Source: Candidatus Eiseniibacteriota bacterium
GTDB taxonomy: Bacteria; Eisenbacteria; RBG-16-71-46; CAZEPH01
Length of the DNA: 11,847 nucleotides
Reading direction: 5' to 3'
Assembly: GCA_044229145.1 (NCBI GenBank)
Contig: JBGATO010000097.1
Coordinates: 1-11,847 of the forward strand
Part shown: positions 7,572 through 11,847 of the stretch, piece by piece
Numbering within the stretch: the stretch's first letter is position 1
Layout: each line of letters starts with the position of its first letter
Position numbers and translations under genes: made by a program
Notes under the pieces: generated by a model
What the model saw: only the letters and a program-made list of their open reading frames with translations
What the model was told of the DNA's origin: nothing
Database searches by the model: none

Positions 7572-8579
7572 ATGCCGGACTCCCGCGTTCTCGTCGTGCC
7601 ACCCGAATGTGAGGGACAGCGCCTCGATGCGTTCGTCGCCCGCGCGCTGCCCGACGTCTCGCGCACCGCGGTGGCGCGCTGGATCGAGGACGGCCGCGTG
7701 ACGCTGCCGGATCGCGCCGGGCCGCGCGCCCGGCCGCCGCGCGCCGGTGTGGCGCTGCGCACCGGCGAGTCCGTCGTCATCGATGTGCCGGCCGACCGCG
7801 CACCCGCGCCGCACCTCGAGCCGGAAACGGTGCCGCTGGACATCGTCTACGAGGATTCCTATCTTCTCGTCGTGAACAAGCCGGCAGGGATGACGGTGCA
7901 TCCGGGCGCGGGACGCACGCGCGGAACCCTCGTCCACGCGTTGATGGGATACACCGCCGCGCTGTCGCCGGGCTCGTCGCCCGAGCGGCCGGGCATCGTG
8001 CATCGGCTCGACAAGGACACCTCGGGTCTGTTGGTGGTGGCGCGCACCGAGGCCGTGCACCGGCAGCTCGCCGCCGCGCTCGCCGCGCGCCACGTGCATC
8101 GCACCTACCGCGCGCTCGTGTGGGGATCGCCGCAGCCCGCGGCCGACCGCATCGACGGTGCGATTGGGCGTGACCCGCGGCATCGGCAGCGCATGGCGGT
8201 CGTGGCGACGGGGGGCAAGCCGGCGATCACGCATTACCGGACGCTGGCGCGCGGGCCGCTCGCCAGCTTGCTGCAACTCGACTTGGACACCGGACGCACG
8301 CATCAAATCCGCGTGCACTGCGCGACGAAGGGATGGCCGCTGGTGGGAGATCCGACGTACGGAGGTCGCGAACGCGCCGTCGCGCGCCAGCCGCGCGCGC
8401 GGCTCGGCGCCGCGCAGGCGTTGCTCGCCGCCATGCCGCGTCAGGCCCTGCACGCGTGGCGGCTCGCCTTCCCGCATCCGGTCACCGGCACGCCGGTGGT
8501 GTGCGAGGCACCCGAGCCGGACGACTTCCGCGCCGCCTGCGGCGTCGCCGCACTGGTGCCGCTGGGTGGCGGGGCCTGA
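7572..8579 (+). CDS. rluD: RluA/RluD family 23S rRNA pseudouridine synthase with S4 domain
   Basis: RLDAFVA S4-like N-terminus, VVNKPAGMTVHP, catalytic GIVHRLDKDTSGL, TGRTHQIRVH, GDPTYG, RQALHA. Confidence 0.94.
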   Translation: MPDSRVLVVPPECEGQRLDAFVARALPDVSRTAVARWIEDGRVTLPDRAGPRARPPRAGVALRTGESVVIDVPADRAPAPHLEPETVPLDIVYEDSYLLVVNKPAGMTVHPGAGRTRGTLVHALMGYTAALSPGSSPERPGIVHRLDKDTSGLLVVARTEAVHRQLAAALAARHVHRTYRALVWGSPQPAADRIDGAIGRDPRHRQRMAVVATGGKPAITHYRTLARGPLASLLQLDLDTGRTHQIRVHCATKGWPLVGDPTYGGRERAVARQPRARLGAAQALLAAMPRQALHAWRLAFPHPVTGTPVVCEAPEPDDFRAACGVAALVPLGGGA

Positions 8580-8581
8580 GC

Positions 8582-9019
8582 GTGGCCTCCATCGCGGCCG
8601 AGGGCCGCATCCTCGCGCTGGACTACGGCGGCCGCCGCATCGGCGTGGCGCTCAGCGATCCGACGCGCACCATCGCGCAGGGGCAGCCGACGCTGGTGGT
8701 GCGCGGTGTCGAGGACGCCTTGCGCCAAGTGCTCGAGGTCGTGGCCGTGTCGGAGGCGGCGTGCATCGTGCTCGGCCTCCCGCTGACGTTGCGTGGCGAC
8801 GAAGGCGACATCGCGCGCGACGTGCGGCGCTTCGCGGAGGCGCTCGCCAAGCGCGGCGCGCCGCCGGTCGTCCTGGTCGACGAGCGCCTCACCTCGGCGC
8901 AGGCGACGCGCGCACTGCGCGAAGGCGGCCGTCGCATCGACAAGGCGGCGATCGACCGCGGCGCGGCGACGCTGCTCTTGCAGTCGGCGCTCGACACGCG
9001 CGCGTGGGAGCGCGCATGA
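8582..9019 (+). CDS. ruvX: YqgF/RuvX family RNase H-fold nuclease (pre-16S rRNA nuclease / putative Holliday junction resolvase), 145 aa
   Basis: RILALDYGGRRIGVALSD, IVLGLP, VDERLTS, IDRGAATLLLQ. GTG at 8582 is 2 nt after the rluD stop. Confidence 0.93.
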   Translation: MASIAAEGRILALDYGGRRIGVALSDPTRTIAQGQPTLVVRGVEDALRQVLEVVAVSEAACIVLGLPLTLRGDEGDIARDVRRFAEALAKRGAPPVVLVDERLTSAQATRALREGGRRIDKAAIDRGAATLLLQSALDTRAWERA

Positions 9020-10062
9020 GCCCGCGCCTGCGCCGCTGGCACGTGCGCGACGTCGTCATCGCCTTGGTCGGCGTGCTCGGCGTGGCGATGGTGCTGCGCG
9101 GAACCGTGCTGCCGCCCGGCGGCACGCAGCCGCGCACCGTCACCATCCGCCGCGGCAGCGGCGTCAACGACATCGCCCGCACCTTGTACCGTGCCGGCGT
9201 GATCCACAGTCCGCTCTTGTTCGTCGCCACCGCGCGCGGGCTCCACATGGACCGCTCGCTGCGCGCGGGACAATACGAACTCGCGCCAAACCTCAACGTG
9301 TTCGACGTGCTGCACCGGTTGCAGAAGGGCAGCGACTTCCGCGTCACCGTGCCCGAGGGGCTGACCGCCGCCGAGGTCGCCGACACGCTGCACACCGCGA
9401 TCGGGCTCGACCGCGGGGAATTCCTGATGGCGGTGCGCGATTCCGCGCTGCGCCGCGAACTCGGCGTCGCCACCCCGACGCTCGAGGGCTACCTGTTCCC
9501 GGAGTCGTACAAGATCCTGCCCGACATGTCGGCGCGCGAGATCGTCGCGCAGATGGTGCAGCAGTTCGCCCGCGTCTACAGCGAAGAGTTTGGGGACGCG
9601 CGCCCGCCGCAGGGGCTGACCCGCCAACAGGCGATCACGCTCGCGTCGATCGTCGAGGCGGAGGCGCACGTCGCCGAGGAGCGGCCGCGCATCGCCGCGG
9701 TGTACCTCAACCGGCTGCGTCTCGGCATGCGGCTGCAAGCCGATCCCACGGTCGCGTACGCGCTCGGCGGACGGCGTCGCGAGCGGATCTACTACAAGGA
9801 CCTCGAGGTGGATTCGCCCTACAACACCTACCGCCGCGCCGGACTGCCGCCCGGACCGATCGCCAATCCGGGTCTGGCCGCGATACGCGCCGTGTTCCAT
9901 CCGGCGACGCCGTGCGACGACCTCTTCTTCGTCGCGACGGGCGATGGGCGGCACGTCTTCACCACGACGCTGGCCGCGCACGACGCGGCGATCCGCCAGG
10001 TGCGCGGAGGCGGCGCCAACGGCGCCACCACGCACGCGCCGGCGACTGGAGGGGGAGAATGA
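9016..10062 (+). CDS. mltG: Endolytic murein transglycosylase MltG (YceG family), 348 aa
   Basis: N-terminal TM segment, VTVPEGLT, LEGYLFPESY, LASIVEAE (catalytic Glu), NRLRLGMRLQADPT, SPYNTY, GLPPGPIANPG. ATGA overlap with ruvX. Confidence 0.95.
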   Translation: MSPRLRRWHVRDVVIALVGVLGVAMVLRGTVLPPGGTQPRTVTIRRGSGVNDIARTLYRAGVIHSPLLFVATARGLHMDRSLRAGQYELAPNLNVFDVLHRLQKGSDFRVTVPEGLTAAEVADTLHTAIGLDRGEFLMAVRDSALRRELGVATPTLEGYLFPESYKILPDMSAREIVAQMVQQFARVYSEEFGDARPPQGLTRQQAITLASIVEAEAHVAEERPRIAAVYLNRLRLGMRLQADPTVAYALGGRRRERIYYKDLEVDSPYNTYRRAGLPPGPIANPGLAAIRAVFHPATPCDDLFFVATGDGRHVFTTTLAAHDAAIRQVRGGGANGATTHAPATGGGE

Positions 10063-10907
10063 GCGCGTCCGCGCTGGTCATGCCAGCGGCGATCGAAGAC
10101 GCCGCGGCGCGCCGCACGCGCGGCGAGGCTGCGTTGGCGCGGCTGGCGGCCGCCATTCGCCCCTTGCCCGGCGCCGTCGTCGCGTACTCCGGCGGGGTCG
10201 ATAGCGCGGTCGTCCTCGCGGTCGCGGCGCGTGAACTGGGGGCGCGGGCGCTGGGCATCGTCGGCATCTCGCCCAGCTTGGCGGCGGGGGAACTCGACGA
10301 AGCGCTCGCGGTGGCCCGCGCCTGCGGAGCCGCGGTGGAAACCCGCGACACGGATGAATTGTCCAAGGACGGCTATCGCCGCAACGACGGCGACCGCTGC
10401 TTCCACTGCAAGGACACGCTCTACGCCCTCCTCGCTCCGCTGGCGGCCGCACGCGGGGCGGTGCTGCTCGATGGCACGCACACCGACGACCTCGGCGACG
10501 ATCGCCCGGGCCGGCGGGCCGCCGCGCTCCACGGCGTGCGCAGTCCGCTCGTCGAGGCCGCCTGCGGGAAGCGCGAGGTGCGCGCGATCGCCGACGTCCT
10601 CGGCTTGCCGGTGTGGAACAAACCGGCGATGGCCTGCCTGGCGTCGCGGTTGCCGCGCGGCGTCGAAGTCACGGCCGAGCGCTTGACGCAGGTGGGGCAG
10701 GCCGAGGCCGTGCTGCACGCGCTGGGATTCACGCAATGCCGGGTCCGCTCGGACGGCGCGCGCGCGCGTATCGAGGTGTTCCCCGAGGACATGCCGCGGC
10801 TCGCGGCGGCACCCCTGCGCGAGGAGATTGTCGCGCGCTTGCGGGCACTCGGGTATGGTGAGGTCACGCTGGACCTGGCCGGGCTCCGCGACGCCTTGCG
10901 CGTCTGA
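10059..10907 (+). CDS. larE: LarE-like PP-loop ATP-dependent sulfur transferase (282 aa)
   Basis: VVAYSGGVDS PP-loop, DRCFHCK, DGTHTDDLGDDRPG, SPL, KREVR, KPAMACLASRLPRG, RVR..G..ARIEV, VTLDL. ATGA overlap with mltG; SD-like GGAGGGGG upstream. Confidence 0.9.
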   Translation: MSASALVMPAAIEDAAARRTRGEAALARLAAAIRPLPGAVVAYSGGVDSAVVLAVAARELGARALGIVGISPSLAAGELDEALAVARACGAAVETRDTDELSKDGYRRNDGDRCFHCKDTLYALLAPLAAARGAVLLDGTHTDDLGDDRPGRRAAALHGVRSPLVEAACGKREVRAIADVLGLPVWNKPAMACLASRLPRGVEVTAERLTQVGQAEAVLHALGFTQCRVRSDGARARIEVFPEDMPRLAAAPLREEIVARLRALGYGEVTLDLAGLRDALRV

Positions 10908-10961
10908 GTCCGCGCCCCTGCCGCGGACGCGGCGGGAAACGCACGGGGAGGAATGTCTCGC

Positions 10962-11282
10962 ATGGCTGAAGTGAAGTCGCGCGCCGCCGAAAAGGCCGCC
11001 GCGCGCGCCGCGGCGCGCCGCCGCGAACCGCTGACCCGCCGCCGCGCGGCGGACGATGCCACCCGCGCCGCGCGCCTGCCGCTCGGGCCCCGGAACTGGC
11101 AATTCATCGGCGCCGGGCTCGTCATCATCGCCATCGGCTTCGGAGCGCTCTCCCGCGGCTCGATGACGCTGGCGCCGTTCCTGTTGGTGGCAGGCTACTG
11201 CGTCCTCCTGCCGATGGGATTGCTGTGGCGGACGCCGGATGCGGCGGCCGATGGGCCGGCGCTGCCGACCGAGGGCGAATAG
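10962..11282 (+). CDS. Small two-TM membrane protein, DUF3098-like, with a basic Ala/Arg-rich N-terminus; its stop codon overlaps tRNA-Val
   Basis: RNWQFIGAGLVIIAIGFGALSRG-SMTLAPFLLVAGYCVLLPMGLL gives two hydrophobic helices resembling DUF3098 (from recall, not searched). SD GGGGAGG at 10945-10951 suits ATG 10962; ATG 10953 is too close to it. Confidence 0.75.
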   Translation: MAEVKSRAAEKAAARAAARRREPLTRRRAADDATRAARLPLGPRNWQFIGAGLVIIAIGFGALSRGSMTLAPFLLVAGYCVLLPMGLLWRTPDAAADGPALPTEGE

Positions 11283-11349
11283 CTCAGTTGGTTAGAGCAC
11301 TTGCCTTACAAGCAAGGGGTCACAGGTTCGAGTCCTGTTTCGCCCACCA
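11273..11349 (+). tRNA. tRNA-Val (anticodon TAC), CCA encoded
   Basis: Cloverleaf: acceptor GGGCGAA/TTCGCCC, D arm GCTC/GAGC, anticodon arm CTTGC-CT TAC AA-GCAAG (TAC 11307-11309), T arm ACAGG-TTCGAGT-CCTGT, discriminator A plus CCA; 77 nt. Confidence 0.98.
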
Positions 11350-11356
11350 CGAGGTG

Positions 11357-11385
11357 CCCGCGCCGTCCTCGGCGGCACGGGTTTT
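11357..11385 (+). terminator. Putative intrinsic terminator after tRNA-Val
   Basis: CCCGCGCCGTC-CTC-GGCGGCACGGG hairpin (about 10 pairs, one C:A mismatch, one G:U) followed by TTTT. Confidence 0.65.
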
Positions 11386-11450
11386 CCAGGCGGTCGTAAC
11401 CGGTTGAAAGTCTTGAGGATGGGTAGGGTGCGCAGGGTCGCTTTTCACGG

Positions 11451-11480
11451 TTGACCCATTTTCTCGCGCTTTGCTATACT
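11451..11480 (+). promoter_or_regulatory. Strong sigma70-type promoter for the downstream secreted protein
   Basis: TTGACC (11451-11456), 18-bp spacer, extended -10 TG-C-TATACT (11472-11480), in a locally AT-richer stretch. Confidence 0.75.
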
Positions 11481-11635
11481 CCAATCGTGCTTTCAGGCCG
11501 TCTTGCGATCTGCCGACGCAGCGACTGGTCGGTCGATTGTCTGCCGCACGGTCGCTAGCGTGTGACTTCCAAGTACTTCTGCCTTTCTAGCGCAACAGCC
11601 TCGGTGATCATCAGTTCCATTTTGGAGGTGTCACA

Positions 11636-11847
11636 ATGTCAAGGCACGTCGTCTTTGGCTTCGTTGCTGCAGCTCTCATCGCGTCCGCGTCTGTGGCTGT
11701 GGCCTCCGTTCCGGACCCGGCGCACTCGTCGGTGGCGTGGGCGGGCCCGTTCAACGGCGCCTGTACGTTCCCGGTGCTTTGCTCCTCGGGTGACGTTTCG
11801 GCGACCATCAACGTCACGGTGAAGGACCAGTTCGGTTCCGCGATGTC
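11636..11847 (+). CDS. Secreted/surface protein with Sec signal peptide and a possible Ig-like (invasin/Big-type) strand; partial, runs off the right edge
   Basis: SD GGAGGT (11624-11629) and ATG 11636; frame open to the edge: MSRHVVFGFVAAALIASASVAVA|SVPDPAHSSVAWAGPFNGACTFPVLCSSGDVSATINVTVKDQFGSAM. AVA signal peptidase I site. Not in the ORF track. Confidence 0.8.
   Translation, partial: MSRHVVFGFVAAALIASASVAVASVPDPAHSSVAWAGPFNGACTFPVLCSSGDVSATINVTVKDQFGSAM

Noticed and set aside
8158..10907. Apparent long N-terminal extensions or fusions in track ORFs for mltG (8158), ruvX (8333) and larE (8793); likewise yggT (989)
   Set aside because: The extensions overlap upstream genes in other frames and are compositionally junk; real starts sit at stop/start junctions (8582, 9016, 10059, 1706).
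10908..10936. Two mutually exclusive hairpins after larE (GTCCGCG/CGCGGAC and CCTGCCGC/GCGGCGGG)
   Set aside because: No U-tract, and such stems arise readily by chance in very GC-rich sequence; insufficient evidence for a terminator or switch.
11415..11440. G-rich stretch GAGGATGGGTAGGGTGCGCAGGG as a G-quadruplex
   Set aside because: Only three G3 runs plus a G2; no supporting evidence.
11273..11450. tRNA-Val as an integration site (attL/attR)
   Set aside because: No duplicate of the tRNA 3' end and no integrase in the window; a terminator directly follows the tRNA. Cannot be excluded beyond the edge.
11562..11822. Track ORFs 11562..11822 (+), 11611..11817 (-) and 11225..11407 (+)
   Set aside because: The first two overlap the better-supported signal-peptide ORF at 11636; the third reads through the tRNA.
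1..11847. CRISPR array, IS/transposase, rRNA, T-box or other known riboswitch
   Set aside because: No regularly spaced repeats, terminal inverted repeats, transposase motifs or recognisable consensus found by eye.

Overview
GC-rich bacterial chromosomal window. Most of it (936-11385, + strand) is one tightly packed housekeeping cluster: yggS, yggT, DUF167/yggU, purine nucleoside phosphorylase, ileS (type 2, with a non-canonical GVHH signature), a DksA/TraR-type Zn-finger protein, lspA, an RluA/RluD pseudouridine synthase, ruvX/yqgF, mltG, a larE-like gene, a small DUF3098-like membrane protein and tRNA-Val(TAC), followed by a terminator. On the left, a divergently oriented, lower-GC SNF2-family helicase that the ORF track misses runs off the window edge and may begin a defence island. 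On the right, a strong sigma70-type promoter and a structured ~150-nt leader precede a secreted, possibly Ig-like protein that also runs off the edge. Most notable: (i) the stop codon of the small membrane-protein gene lies inside the mature tRNA-Val, so RNase P processing would leave a non-stop mRNA; (ii) the IleRS2 GxHH motif is associated with mupirocin hyper-resistance; (iii) a helix in the leader of the last gene could sequester its SD; (iv) the CxxC-containing LarE has no lar partners in the window. Gene order and the style of the last protein suggest an FCB-group or related lineage (e.g. Gemmatimonadota/Eisenbacteria-like), but this is inference only. All family assignments come from motif recognition, not database searches.
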